A program made the position numbers and the translations under genes. The notes under the pieces were generated by a model that was not told the DNA's origin, did not search any database, and saw only the letters and a program-made list of their open reading frames with translations. Source: an uncultured delta proteobacterium (GTDB lineage: Bacteria > Desulfobacterota > Binatia > UBA9968). From it: a DNA stretch of 64,000 bases. The stretch is from NCBI GenBank assembly GCA_963816145.1, contig CAWFJP010000011.1, positions 192,001 to 256,000 of the forward strand, in the 5' to 3' direction. Positions 1 through 10,605 of the stretch are shown here, one piece after another (the stretch's first letter is position 1; each line of letters opens with the position of its first letter).

Positions 1-1812
1 CCAACCGTTTAGCCCCGGAACCTGCCGGGCTTTCGACCAGAAGAGAATACCCACCGTCATCGTGAGGACTACGGCCGATAGCAGCAGCATGGTTTCGCCC
101 GTAATAAGCCCACGATCGCGGAGCAGGTTGCCGACAAAGATCAGCGCCAGCGCCGGCAACAACGCAGCTGCGGCGAGGAACAGTGGCCGGGGGATTGCGG
201 AAACCACATCAATTAGGGTCGGTTGCCAAAAAGCTTCCCGCACCGCTTCGGTGATCTCTGTCGGCGTCAGATTCGTGCCAGTCTTGCGCGGCGAAGCGCC
301 GTCCTCACTCGAGCCGCTCCAACGGTTTTCGGAGCCGCCAGTCGCAGCCGGGTCGAGAAGATTCAATCGCTCGTACGCGCGCTCTAGCGCCGCGGCAAGA
401 TTCCGATCTACCCGACGCACGCGATAGGCCGAAGCACCATCTTGAAATATCAATATCCCCAACCGCTGGCCATAAATTCTTTGCAACTGTCGTTGGACTT
501 CATCGATATCGGCGTCCGAATGGCAGGCGACCGCAACAGAACCACCGGCGATTTGCGCGCGCGCCAGCTCTTCAATTTCATACAGCCCAGCAAAATTTTC
601 CGGCGTATATATGAGTTCATCGACGGCACGCAGCCGGCCGGCGACATATTCCAGCAGATCGGCTTCCGACCAATGTCCGTAGTCCCTAAGGACGACTTCC
701 TGCCGCTGAAACTGTTTCAACATTGCCGCAGTGGATTGGAGCAGCTCCGGCGGCAGCGCGGTTAGGTCTTGGACATCGCTGCCGTGGGTATCGATAATAC
801 CTTGCGAGACGCAAAAGCGGCATGATCTTGGCGCGAGCTTTAGAGTCAGCGTTGATACGCAAGTGATTGAGAAGCACCCACAGGGCCAGAATCGTGTCTA
901 GATCGGCATCGTTTGCCAATACGGTCCAATCGCGCTTGCTGAGGTCGAGACCTTTGCGAACCAATACCATCGCCTGTTCGCAGGTGGCGATGGATCGAAT
1001 GCACCCTTATGATGATCGAGATTGTAGATTTCCTTCTGAACGTCGATGAACGGATCGCCTTGCGCTGCGCCGTCGAGAAAAATGGTTCCTGCTGGGTACC
1101 TGCGCGCCTGCTTGGCAGAGATCGCGAGCCGGCGCTCGACGCGGATCATGATGGTGGGCGCTTCCATGCAGGTGAGGACCCGGGCCTTGCCTTCTTGTCT
1201 GATGCAATAGCGATTCGGAACCGTTGAATTCTCAGTCCGAGCCAAGTTCTTGCCGTAAAATGATTCGGTTTTGCCGTTTCCCCGCGTCGCCTCGTCTTGA
1301 TTTTTTACATCCGGCGTTGCCGTCTTGGCTGATGGCTCATGCTGAGGATAATTTATTCCTAGCTCCCAGCCGTCGTTACTCGTGGCCGAACGCGGCTTGC
1401 TTCGCCTGAGGTCATCGGCAATTTCGCTCGTCGAGCTACTGGCCAGCTGTTCGCGCTGTAAAAGCAATCTTCGAGCATCCTCGATAGACTGGCATGGGAG
1501 CAGCGCGGCGCGGATATCATGAACGGAGTCATCGGAGTGTTCTGTTGCCGGCGAAAACATCGCGTTGAGCTTGTGGATATAGTCGCTGTAACCTCCGGCC
1601 CTGATCGGATTGTATTCCCAAACAGATTCCCATGGCACTAGACCACCTAACGCCAGGCGTACGAATTCAACCGAGGGCGCCGGCATCCCGGCGACTAAGA
1701 CAAGCGCTTGCTCACCACTGGCAAATTTCAGCTGACAGAAGCGTCGGCGTTCGATGAAATGACGAACGACCCGGATGGCGGGACCAATTCCGGTTTCTTT
1801 TCCGATGGGCAT
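1..1812 (-). CDS. Large hypothetical protein with a DHH-like soluble domain and C-terminal TM helices; two frameshifts; runs off the window end
   Basis: ORF 898-1812 (..FLDGAAQGDPF..YNLDHH) joins ORF 686-970 (ANDADLDTILALWVLLNH), then a third frame (QGIIDTHG..LNLLDP..FWQP..LFLAAAALLPALALIF) stays open to position 1. Confidence 0.6.
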
Positions 1813-2219
1813 CTTCGCGCCTCCTCCGGTTTGATTAAGCGCACCAAGTCAGTGAACCAACTTCTGTCAGAACCTCGAGGAAAGAAAACCGCTTTGCTGG
1901 AATTGTTTTAACTGTCACCGAATAATCGCCAGCAATGCTCATGCCTCAGATCGCCAGCTTTGACAGGGCTGGGTAAAATGCGCGCAGGAGCATCCATTCG
2001 GGGCCACGGCTGACTCCAGTCCATCGATACGACGAACGGATTAGTGAAAAATCGCGCGAAAATGTGCTCCCGTCGATCTCGGCTTTTGGGCCGTGTCTCA
2101 GCGCCGGTCAGAACTGAAGAAGGAGCGAAGATTGCGGAAGTCGCAAATTTACCTTGGCCTCATCACAAATGAACTGCTCGACGTTAAAGTGAGCCAGCCA
2201 ATCAAGATTTTCACTAGAT

Positions 2220-2680
2220 ACGCGCCGGTGATGGATGATCTTACCCTTGCCTCGATTGTGCTCGGGAGCGAAGCAGCGGGTCTTGATCCAATACCGGTCC
2301 GACGACCTGGGACGTGAAGAACAGAGCCTTAAGATTAGATTGAGCACGGTGTCTCAATCCTGTTCGGGGATTTCTACTGAAGGCTTGCGACGGTTGACGC
2401 CCGCCACGTTGACGAGAATATCGATCTGCCCCATGCGGTTGAGGACGTCGCGCACGAGCCCGGGAACCTCTGCGACACGCGAGATATCCGCGGCAAATAC
2501 TTCGGCACGTGCGCCCTGGCCTGATGAAGATCCGTTTGCGTGCGACTGCAAAGTGCCACGCTCGCGCCGGCTTCTGCGAGGCCGCGACCGATTGCCCGCC
2601 CTATGCCGCGGGAAGCGCCGACAACGAGCGCCATCCGCCCGGAAAGATCGAACAGAAGATGGCCGTCATGATTGCCTACC
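2220..2680 (-). pseudogene. Truncated SDR oxidoreductase (gluconate-5-dehydrogenase-like N-terminal half)
   Basis: LFDLSGRMALVVGASRGIG; frameshift; IDILVNVAGVNRRKP; in-frame stop; homology ends near GKGKIIH, no YxxxK motif. Confidence 0.75.
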
Positions 2681-2746
2681 AACCCTCTTTGCACTGTGGT
2701 TCTTAATGCTCATCTACGGCCCGCTGACACGGTGGGAAGCGCCACA

Positions 2747-3673
2747 CTATACGCCCGTTACGAATCGCCAGACCTCACCATCCCGTACCACGCGCCCTGC
2801 GGTCGGACCGGGAAAATGCGTTCCTATCACAAGCGTCGATTCGGTCGCCAACTGTGCCAACATTCGCCGCCGAGTCGACTCCGCTGCTTTTTGATAGGAA
2901 TCAGCCGTTGTGCACCAATGGGGACGCGCCATCTGGCAGGGTGAATGGATGAAGTCACCGGTGATGAGCGCCTGCTCACCCTTCGAGGCGATTCGCACAC
3001 TGACATGGCCTGGAGTATGCCCGGGTGTCGGCTCGATCCTTACTTCAGCGCACAATTTGTGATCGGCCTCGACACGATCCAGAAGTCCGGCGCTGAGAAC
3101 TGGTTCCACGCTATCCGCCATGTAATCGCCGAACTGCTGCTTTTCCCGATGCGAGGTCCAGTATTCGTATTCGCCACCGGGAACAAGGTAGCGCGCCTTC
3201 TTAAACGTAGGCTCCCATTTGCCGTCCACCAGTACCGTGTTCCATCCGACATGGTCGACGTGAAGATGGGTACACAAGACGTAATCGAAACTGCTCGCCG
3301 GAAACCCGGCCGCTTCCAGATCACGAAGGAACGAGCCGCGAAGCATATTCGACCGTTCATTCTCCCGCTTTTTGTCGTTGCCGAAACAGGTATCGACGAT
3401 GATGCGGCAGCTTGGCGTCTCGACCACGAGTGCATGAATCGACAAACGCAGTTCACCGTCTTCGGTCATGAAGTGAGGCTTGAGCCACTCGATGTCTTTG
3501 CAAGCTTCCGGGGTGGCATCCAACAAGAGAAAACGGTGCACGCTATCGGCAAATTCCTTCTCGACGAACTTGGAAACGCGAACATCCCCGATTTGCCAGT
3601 GACTCACGAGAACCTCCACCTGGGTTTTACCGAAAACCAGACCAGTGACACGCCAATGCTTCCGATGCCTCAC
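2747..3673 (-). CDS. MBL-fold metallo-hydrolase
   Basis: THLHVDHVGWN, TPGHTPGH, GDFIH and GTHF motifs; true start probably somewhat downstream. Confidence 0.9.
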   Translation of the reverse strand: MRHRKHWRVTGLVFGKTQVEVLVSHWQIGDVRVSKFVEKEFADSVHRFLLLDATPEACKDIEWLKPHFMTEDGELRLSIHALVVETPSCRIIVDTCFGNDKKRENERSNMLRGSFLRDLEAAGFPASSFDYVLCTHLHVDHVGWNTVLVDGKWEPTFKKARYLVPGGEYEYWTSHREKQQFGDYMADSVEPVLSAGLLDRVEADHKLCAEVRIEPTPGHTPGHVSVRIASKGEQALITGDFIHSPCQMARPHWCTTADSYQKAAESTRRRMLAQLATESTLVIGTHFPGPTAGRVVRDGEVWRFVTGV

Positions 3674-3691
3674 ATTCCTGCCGAGAACACA

Positions 3692-4192
3692 TCACGTTGT
3701 CAGCTCGCGATTTCGGTAATAGTACGCGTCCTCCGGCACCGCCTTGAGGCTGATGAGATCGCCTTTTCGGATCATGCCGCTTTCGACGATCTCCGCCACA
3801 AGACCGCCGCGATCGCTGAACGCTTCTAGGAACTTTTCCGTCTTGCCGGAGAGGCGGGTAGGCCGCAAACATGGATCACAGTAGTACTGTCCGCGAAAAC
3901 GCGCCTTCCCGATCTGAAACTCACGGCCAATGAGCCACATCAGTTCGACGCCCTGGATCACGATATTGCGCCGGCTCTCACCATATTCAAAGCCGCTATC
4001 CTGGAAGAAAACGGAATTGATGAGAGTCACTTGCCGCCTCCCCTGCCGTCTCCGGTTGAAGCTACCCTCGCCCATCGAGTAACGGTCACCCGCAAGACCG
4101 GCGCCAGCAATGGCTTCCGCACTTTGTACCTCTTCCATTTTCCCGCCGGCAACGGGCGAGATAAACATTGCGACGACATTTCCGTTTACCAT
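3692..4192 (-). CDS. MOSC domain protein
   Basis: GLAGDRY, RQVTLI, RRNIV, CDPC, RGGLVAEIVESGMIRKGD. Confidence 0.85.
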   Translation of the reverse strand: MVNGNVVAMFISPVAGGKMEEVQSAEAIAGAGLAGDRYSMGEGSFNRRRQGRRQVTLINSVFFQDSGFEYGESRRNIVIQGVELMWLIGREFQIGKARFRGQYYCDPCLRPTRLSGKTEKFLEAFSDRGGLVAEIVESGMIRKGDLISLKAVPEDAYYYRNRELTT

Positions 4193-4279
4193 GATGCCTC
4201 CAGTGCAGTCATTACGACGATAAATTTTTCTTTGCCGCTCGCGATGGATAGCTAATTGGATCACCTTCGTACTCCACTC

Positions 4280-4530
4280 TTACTGTTTGGTCCCGACACC
4301 AATGAGCACCTCGCCGGAAATCTCAAAGCCGTTCGGCTCTTCATACTGTTTAAACTTTTCCTCAATTTCGGCCCAAGCAATTTCCCGATCAGCTTGCTCC
4401 AACTGGGTCATGAGTTCCTTAAGATCACCCGCAGCTTTTCTCATGTTTCCAACAGCCGCGGCTGCGGAAGGAAACCCGCGAGGTATTGGCGCCGCATGGA
4501 CGGATACGTTCTGAAACCGCCTCGCGATAG
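4280..4530 (-). pseudogene. 3' remnant of a class I SAM methyltransferase
   Basis: Manual translation FQNVSVHAAPIPRGFPS..ADREIAWAEIEEKFKQYEEPNGFEISGEVLIGVGTKQ*; paralogous to 6236-6490. Confidence 0.6.
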
Positions 4531-4563
4531 AGTCATTCAGGAACCGGTCGGGAAAACGGCTCT

Positions 4564-4968
4564 TTACTTGGTGCCGAGCCAGCCATGCTCGGAAAGATCG
4601 ATGGTCACGCCGTCCGGGCCGGTGAATTTCACCTCGACATTGCCTCGTTTCGCCATCTCCTCAGTTCCGGGATAAGGACGGTGCACCGCTCCCGCTTTCT
4701 CGATCTGCGCCCTGGCCTCATCCATGTTGTCGATTTCGACGCCGAAGTGGTGCAGGCCGGCGTATCGGAGCATGCCTTCCGTAGTGGCGGGGTCGTCGTA
4801 TTTGAATTTCAGGATTGCGAGATTCACGTGACCGTCGCTCAGGTAGTAGCCTTCTGCGGTCGGAGAGTTGACCTTGCCGACCTCTTTCAAGCCGAGGCCT
4901 TCGATGTAAAACCGGGAAGTCGTCTCCGGGTCCCGTGTAGCGATTGCGATATGCCTGATCCTTGCCAT
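4564..4968 (-). CDS. VOC/glyoxalase family protein
   Basis: IRHIAI..FY..GLGL, GLHHFGVEIDN, EVKFTGPDGVTIDL. Confidence 0.9.
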   Translation of the reverse strand: MARIRHIAIATRDPETTSRFYIEGLGLKEVGKVNSPTAEGYYLSDGHVNLAILKFKYDDPATTEGMLRYAGLHHFGVEIDNMDEARAQIEKAGAVHRPYPGTEEMAKRGNVEVKFTGPDGVTIDLSEHGWLGTK

Positions 4969-5054
4969 TATTCACCTCCATCGTTCTGACTGATTTTCGC
5001 TTGGCGCAACGTCGCCGGCAGTTGAAGAAATGGTTCCTGACATTCCTTCCGCAC

Positions 5055-6164
5055 TCATAGAGCGCCGCCTGTGGCTTTGGCCCTGGCGATCTCGCCGGCG
5101 CTATATCTGTAAGCGCGAAAGACACGATTGTTTAGCCCGTTTGGCCCTTCATTGAAGTACGGATTGACGTACTCCCAAACCAATTCACCTTGGACCGTCA
5201 CTTCGAAGAGACGACCGAAGTCGGCCTCGCAGATCAGAGTGTTGCCGTTTGGCAATCGCTGTGCGTTTGACATGCGCGGGCTGAAAAATTCGTATTCCCT
5301 TCTCTCCTGGTACTTCCAAACGATCTGCTTGGTCGCCAATTCGACTTCGATTACGCGCGAGAACGGCATCGACTGGTCCAAGCGGTGCGGGCCGTTGTCG
5401 AAGAGCAAAAGATGGCCGTTGGGAAGGGGCGTCGGCGCATGTTGGCCCGATAACGGCGGCGCGCCGAGCTTCCAAATAATTCTCCCGGTCTTACGTTCGA
5501 TAATGATCACCGTCGAAATGTGGCGAAAACTCAAAGCGATGTCGCCGTTCGGCAGCTCCGCAAGACCGTTGGCATGCGTCCACGCCTCCCGTGGATCTTG
5601 CAGCGCCGTGATGCGATCTGTCTCGGGATCGAGATGCTCCCAGGCACGCCATTCCCACACGACTTGTCCGCCGGTAGTCATCTCGGCGAGATAATCTCCG
5701 TACATTGCGCCGTGATGTTCCGTACCGGACAATCCGCCTTTGATCTTGGAGATGAAATCGGGCGGCAACTGAGCGAGACAAATCAACAAGACGTTGCCAT
5801 TTCTCAGTCTGATGCCATCGTGATGATGGTCCGGATGGCGCACTTCCCAAAGGACGCGGCCGCTCCAGTCAGATTCCAATACCGCGCCGCCTTTCCACGG
5901 TTTGTTGGTTATGAAACGGGTCGAGTCTTCGGAGGTCTTGCCGTTATAGAAGTAGGTGCCTCTTTCGGTGAGATAGCCATAGTTCCCGGGCGGATAAGGC
6001 ATCTGCCAAGTATGAACAACCTCACCGTCGAGATCGATCAGGTAAACCTTGCCGTCACCGCTTAGCGGCGCGAACAGCGTAAAGCCATCGAAGGCTCGGT
6101 CGCGATCACAGACCCGCAGTCCAATACCCGAACGTTTTACCTTATTTTGTTCCACGGATGGCAT
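5055..6164 (-). CDS. Aryl-sulfate sulfotransferase (ASST) family beta-propeller
   Basis: HHHD, WTHAN, SFRH, GQHA, FDNG, AQRLPNGNTLI motifs. Confidence 0.85.
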   Translation of the reverse strand: MPSVEQNKVKRSGIGLRVCDRDRAFDGFTLFAPLSGDGKVYLIDLDGEVVHTWQMPYPPGNYGYLTERGTYFYNGKTSEDSTRFITNKPWKGGAVLESDWSGRVLWEVRHPDHHHDGIRLRNGNVLLICLAQLPPDFISKIKGGLSGTEHHGAMYGDYLAEMTTGGQVVWEWRAWEHLDPETDRITALQDPREAWTHANGLAELPNGDIALSFRHISTVIIIERKTGRIIWKLGAPPLSGQHAPTPLPNGHLLLFDNGPHRLDQSMPFSRVIEVELATKQIVWKYQERREYEFFSPRMSNAQRLPNGNTLICEADFGRLFEVTVQGELVWEYVNPYFNEGPNGLNNRVFRAYRYSAGEIARAKATGGAL

Positions 6165-6235
6165 AAGTCCCTGGCTCCTATCTTCCCCGGTTCCAAGTTG
6201 CTCTTATGGCTATCGGCGATAGCGCTAAAAGCGCT

Positions 6236-6490
6236 TTACTTCGTTCCGACTCCGATAAGCCACTCTCCGGGCGCCTCGAAACCGTTCGGCCCCACGAACC
6301 GGCTCAGTTGCTGCTCGATTTCATTCCAGACCAGCGCGCGGTCGGCGTCACTCAGTTTGTTCAGGACCGTTTGCAGGCGCGGAAAGGAATCCTTCATCGC
6401 GCTCATGGCTTCAGCCATGCAAGGAAAACACCGTTGCACTGGAACTGCGCGCACAACCACGTCGCGGAATCCGGCTTTCTTATAGTCCTT
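6236..6490 (-). pseudogene. 3' remnant of a class I SAM methyltransferase
   Basis: YKKAGFRDVVV..WNEIEQQLSRFVGPNGFEAPGEWLIGVGTK*; no SAM-binding N-terminus upstream. Confidence 0.6.
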
Positions 6491-6921
6491 ATTGCTTCTG
6501 TGAAAAATTGTCATCAACCGTTTCCCCCGAGAGATCTGCCTCCGAGATATAGCGCACCTCCTAAAGTTAAAGCGTCCAACCTGTGATTGACGAAACCGAA
6601 TTACGGGACTTGATGAAGTCCCATTGCCCCGCCATTGGCTCACCCTAAACGAGCCGGGAAGAGTCAGTCCGAGCAGATATGAAGCGGATCGATGATGTGA
6701 CTGGACCGAACGACCCAGCCGAATTGATGGGCGGACAATAAGCCGAATTCAGGATGTACGTCAAGGAGAAGATCCATTCGAGAAACCGACACTGACGTGC
6801 GATAGCGGAGTAGCCGAGCAGCGCGCTCGAACTACCGCCGTTGGAAGAATCACGACATCATCGATAAGGTAGTTCATGCTCGATCCTTGAAGCTGTTTTC
6901 CGATGCCGTTACTGTGAAAGC

Positions 6922-9900
6922 ATGAATCGGCCACGCAAGGCTCCACGTTCCTCGTCATTCCGGCGGGAATATCTATCGCTTCTTAAAAACAGCCCGTCCC
7001 CTGCGCTTGCCGAAGCCAATCTATCGCATCTCGTCGAATGCGGCGGCGCAAAGGCTTTGGACAAATTGTCGCGCGCCGAGTTGCCGGCGCTGTTCGCCGT
7101 ACTCGGCGGTAGCGGCTATCTGAGCAACATTTTGTTTCGCCAAGGAAAAGACTGGCCGGATCTTTTTTCCCGCCAGATTAAGATCAAGCACAAGCCCGGT
7201 CCGAGTCACCTGAAGGAACTTTCAACGGTCATCAATGGGGCTAAATCTTTCGAAGATTTCTGCGCCGCGCTGCGCCGTCACAAACAAAGCGAGTACCTGC
7301 GCATCGGCGGGCGCGATCTCATGCCTTCGGTCACCATGGAAGAAACCGTGCGCGAGTTGACCGCATTGGCCGAAGCTTCGCTCGAGGCCGCTTATCGCTA
7401 TTGCCGGGCGGAAGGTGAAAAAGACTTCGGACAACTCAATTTGCCCGGATCGGAGAGAGCCAATCGCTTTGTCGTCATCGGCATGGGCAAATTGGGCGGC
7501 GGCGAGCTCAACTTTAGCTCGGACGTCGATGTAATCTTCCTCTACGAGAACGACGAAGGCGAAACTAGCGGCGGGCTTAAAGGCAAAACCGGCGCGCGGG
7601 AGTTCTTCAGCGCCATCGGTCAGAAGATCATCCATGCCATGGGCGATGTCACCGAGGACGGCTTCGTGTTTCGCATCGATTTGCGCCTGCGCCCGCTCGG
7701 CGCCAACGGTCCGTTGGTGCAATCGCTGGACTCGGCGATGCTTTATTACGAGTCCTGGGGACAGTGTTGGGAGCGCGCGGCGATGATCAAGGCCCGGCCG
7801 GTGGCCGGCTCAATCGAACTCGGCACACAGTTCTTAAAAGAGCTCGAGCCGTTTATCTACCGCCGCTATCTTGACTATACGACGGTCGACGAGCTGCGCC
7901 ACATGAAGGAACGCATCGAGAACGAACTGCTCACCGGCGACGACAAAGCGCGCAATTTGAAGCTTGGTTACGGCGGCATTCGCGAAATTGAGTTTTTCAC
8001 CCAGGCGCTGCAACTGGTCAACGGCGGCTACGAGCCGGGCTTGCGCGGACCGAGCACGCTGCCGGCGCTAGCGGAACTGGCGAAGCGAAAGTTCATTTCC
8101 ATCGGCGAGCGCGACAAGCTGATCGAAGCCTACCGAGTTCTGCGCCAAGCCGAACACAAAGTGCAAATCGTCCAGGAAGGGCATGTGCACTCGATTCCCG
8201 AGGGCAAAGAAGAGGAACAGGCGTACGCCCGGCGCTTGGGCTACGCACGCAAAGGGAAGCTCGGCGAACGGGAGCTGTTCTGGCGCGATCACCGACGCTA
8301 CACCCATACCGTGCGCAACATCTTCGATCGGCTCTTTTATAGCGCGCAAAAACAGATCGAGAGCGAAGGCGCCAGCGCCGAGGGCGCGATCTGGAACGAT
8401 CTCGACAATGAGCTGGTCATCACCAAGCAATTGGCCGGCGTCGGCTTTGCCGATCCGGAAAAGGCTTACGAGAATCTTCTCGCCGTGCGCGACGGCGAAA
8501 GCTATTCGCCGCCGAGTCCGAAACGCTTGAAAGTCATGCGCAGCCTGGGCCCGGCGGTGATCGCCGAGATCGCCAAGTCCGGCGCGCCGGACCAGGCGCT
8601 GTTCAATCTCGCCAACTTCAGCCACCGCATCGGCGGGCGCACCGGCTTTCTCACGCTGTTAGCCGAAAAGCCTGAGACCCTGCGGTTGCTAATCACGCTA
8701 TTCGCCGATAGCCAGTTTCTCACCGATCTGTTCCTCAAGCGTCCAGAGCTCATCGACACTTTGATTCGCGTCGACCTGACACGCATCGACAAATCGAAAG
8801 ACGCTATGCTTGGCGAGCTGCGGGAAAACCTTGCCGCAGTCGACGACATCGAGGGTAAACTCAACGCGCTGCGCCGCTATAAGAATGAAGAATTCATCCG
8901 CATCGGCCTGCACGATCTCGGCGGATCGATCGAATTTCTCGCCGTGCTGCGCCAACTCTCCGATCTCGCCGTGGCCTGTCTGCAAGCCGCCCTCGATCTC
9001 ACCTTAACCGAGTTAAGCGAAAAATTCGGCGTGGTTCCCAACGGCCGTTTCGTGGTCATCGGCGGCGGTAAAATCGGCGCGCGGGAGATCGATTATAATT
9101 CCGATTTGGATTTGGTTTTTATCTACGACGCGGGCGAAGACGCGCAAACCCGCGGTGGCTCCCAAGGACGGCTATCGGCCCATGAGTTCTATGTGCGGGT
9201 TGGCCAGCGCCTGCCTACCTATCTTTCGGCGCCCACCGAGGAAGGCATCGCCTATAAGATCGATATGCAGCTGCGCCCGTCAGGTAAGGCCGGACCGATC
9301 GTCTGCTCGCTCGACGCCTATCGCGACTATCACACTGGTGCCGCGCAACTGTGGGAACGCCAGGCTTTGATCAAGGCGCGCTTCATCGCCGGCGAAACTT
9401 CCCTGGGCCGGGAGGTCGAGGCGGTCATTGAACAGTGCGCCTATGGCGTCGGGCTCACCCAGGAAGGGATCGGTGAGATTCATCACCTGCGCATGCGCAT
9501 GGAGCGGGAGCTCGCCGGCGAAGATGAATCGCGATTCAATCTCAAGAAGGGCCGCGGCGGGCTAGTCGACATCGAGTTCCTCACGCAAATGTTGCAACTC
9601 GCTCATGGCCACCGGATCGCCGGTGTCCGCCAGCGGGAAACTTTGGCGGCGCTAAAGGCGCTCGAAGCCGCGAAGATCTTAAAACCGCGGGAGTATCAGT
9701 TGCTCGCTGACGGCTATCTATTCCTGCGCCGGCTCGATCACCGGCTGCGGCTGGAACGCGATCAGTCTCTCGATGGCTTCGATACCGAGCCCGGCCGGCT
9801 CGACGGCATCGCCAAGGCTCTCGGCTACAGCAAGCCGAAGAACGCAAGTTCGAAGCGTGCCGGACAATCCGGCCAAAAGCTGTTACGCGACTACCAGCAG

Positions 9901-9978
9901 CGCCGCGAAAGAATCCGCGCCTGCTACGAGCGCTACTTCGTCGCCGAGCCAGAGCCTTCGCGGCCAATTCAGCGTTGA
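6922..9978 (+). CDS. glnE: Bifunctional glutamine synthetase adenylyltransferase/adenylyl-removing enzyme
   Basis: 1018 aa with two nucleotidyltransferase halves: GMGKLGGGELNFSSDVD/IDLRLRP/KLGYGGIREIEF and GKIGAREIDYNSDLD/IDMQLRPSG/GGLVDIEF. Confidence 0.95.
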   Translation: MNRPRKAPRSSSFRREYLSLLKNSPSPALAEANLSHLVECGGAKALDKLSRAELPALFAVLGGSGYLSNILFRQGKDWPDLFSRQIKIKHKPGPSHLKELSTVINGAKSFEDFCAALRRHKQSEYLRIGGRDLMPSVTMEETVRELTALAEASLEAAYRYCRAEGEKDFGQLNLPGSERANRFVVIGMGKLGGGELNFSSDVDVIFLYENDEGETSGGLKGKTGAREFFSAIGQKIIHAMGDVTEDGFVFRIDLRLRPLGANGPLVQSLDSAMLYYESWGQCWERAAMIKARPVAGSIELGTQFLKELEPFIYRRYLDYTTVDELRHMKERIENELLTGDDKARNLKLGYGGIREIEFFTQALQLVNGGYEPGLRGPSTLPALAELAKRKFISIGERDKLIEAYRVLRQAEHKVQIVQEGHVHSIPEGKEEEQAYARRLGYARKGKLGERELFWRDHRRYTHTVRNIFDRLFYSAQKQIESEGASAEGAIWNDLDNELVITKQLAGVGFADPEKAYENLLAVRDGESYSPPSPKRLKVMRSLGPAVIAEIAKSGAPDQALFNLANFSHRIGGRTGFLTLLAEKPETLRLLITLFADSQFLTDLFLKRPELIDTLIRVDLTRIDKSKDAMLGELRENLAAVDDIEGKLNALRRYKNEEFIRIGLHDLGGSIEFLAVLRQLSDLAVACLQAALDLTLTELSEKFGVVPNGRFVVIGGGKIGAREIDYNSDLDLVFIYDAGEDAQTRGGSQGRLSAHEFYVRVGQRLPTYLSAPTEEGIAYKIDMQLRPSGKAGPIVCSLDAYRDYHTGAAQLWERQALIKARFIAGETSLGREVEAVIEQCAYGVGLTQEGIGEIHHLRMRMERELAGEDESRFNLKKGRGGLVDIEFLTQMLQLAHGHRIAGVRQRETLAALKALEAAKILKPREYQLLADGYLFLRRLDHRLRLERDQSLDGFDTEPGRLDGIAKALGYSKPKNASSKRAGQSGQKLLRDYQQRRERIRACYERYFVAEPEPSRPIQR

Positions 9979-10174
9979 TGAATTACCTGGCATATTCTTG
10001 AATTTCGAATTCGGTTATAATTATTCATAATTGTATTTGAGTCTGTAGAATATGGGGGCAGCAACTCTAAAGCAGTTTCAAGACTGACAACCCGTATAGA
10101 CCCACGGAATAACCGAGCCATTAGGTCACAGAGATGGCAAAGGAAAATAGTTGGAAATTTTTAGAATATCTTTA

Positions 10175-10203
10175 TTGACAGTAACACAACCGTACGATAT
10201 GTT
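10175..10203 (+). promoter_or_regulatory. Sigma-70-type promoter
   Basis: TTGACA-17 nt-TATGTT, ending 6 nt before the ATG at 10210. Confidence 0.55.
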
Positions 10204-10209
10204 CAGGTC

Positions 10210-10605
10210 ATGAAAACTCAATTGCTCAAGGGCATTGCCCTGGCTTCAATGGTGACCGTGTTGTCGACTCCTTTGTATGCCCAGACGGCGGGTACGGAAA
10301 GCCAACCTGCTGAGCCGGTAACGGAAGAGTTGGGCTACGGTTTTGGCGCGGCTCTCGCCAGCGTGTTTTACATCCCGGCAAAGATAACCTATGCGGGATT
10401 GGGACTGCTCACCGGCGGCCTTGGTTTCGTGCTGACCGGTGGGAGAGCGGATGTTGCCAACAACATCATCTATCCTGCGGTGCGCGGCAACTACGTGGTG
10501 ACGCCGAGTAATCTGAAGGGCACGGAGCCGCTCTATTTCGTCGGCGCCGCACCCGATGTGGCGCAGCCCGAGACTTTAGCGGCGCAATCGGCGCCGCGGC
10601 CCTAG
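10210..10605 (+). CDS. Exported/membrane hypothetical protein
   Basis: Signal peptide (LYA-Q) and Gly-rich hydrophobic segments. Confidence 0.75.
   Translation: MKTQLLKGIALASMVTVLSTPLYAQTAGTESQPAEPVTEELGYGFGAALASVFYIPAKITYAGLGLLTGGLGFVLTGGRADVANNIIYPAVRGNYVVTPSNLKGTEPLYFVGAAPDVAQPETLAAQSAPRP

Noticed and set aside
9980-10170. Possible riboswitch or sRNA after glnE
   Set aside because: AT-rich, but I could not match a known aptamer consensus; needs an Rfam scan
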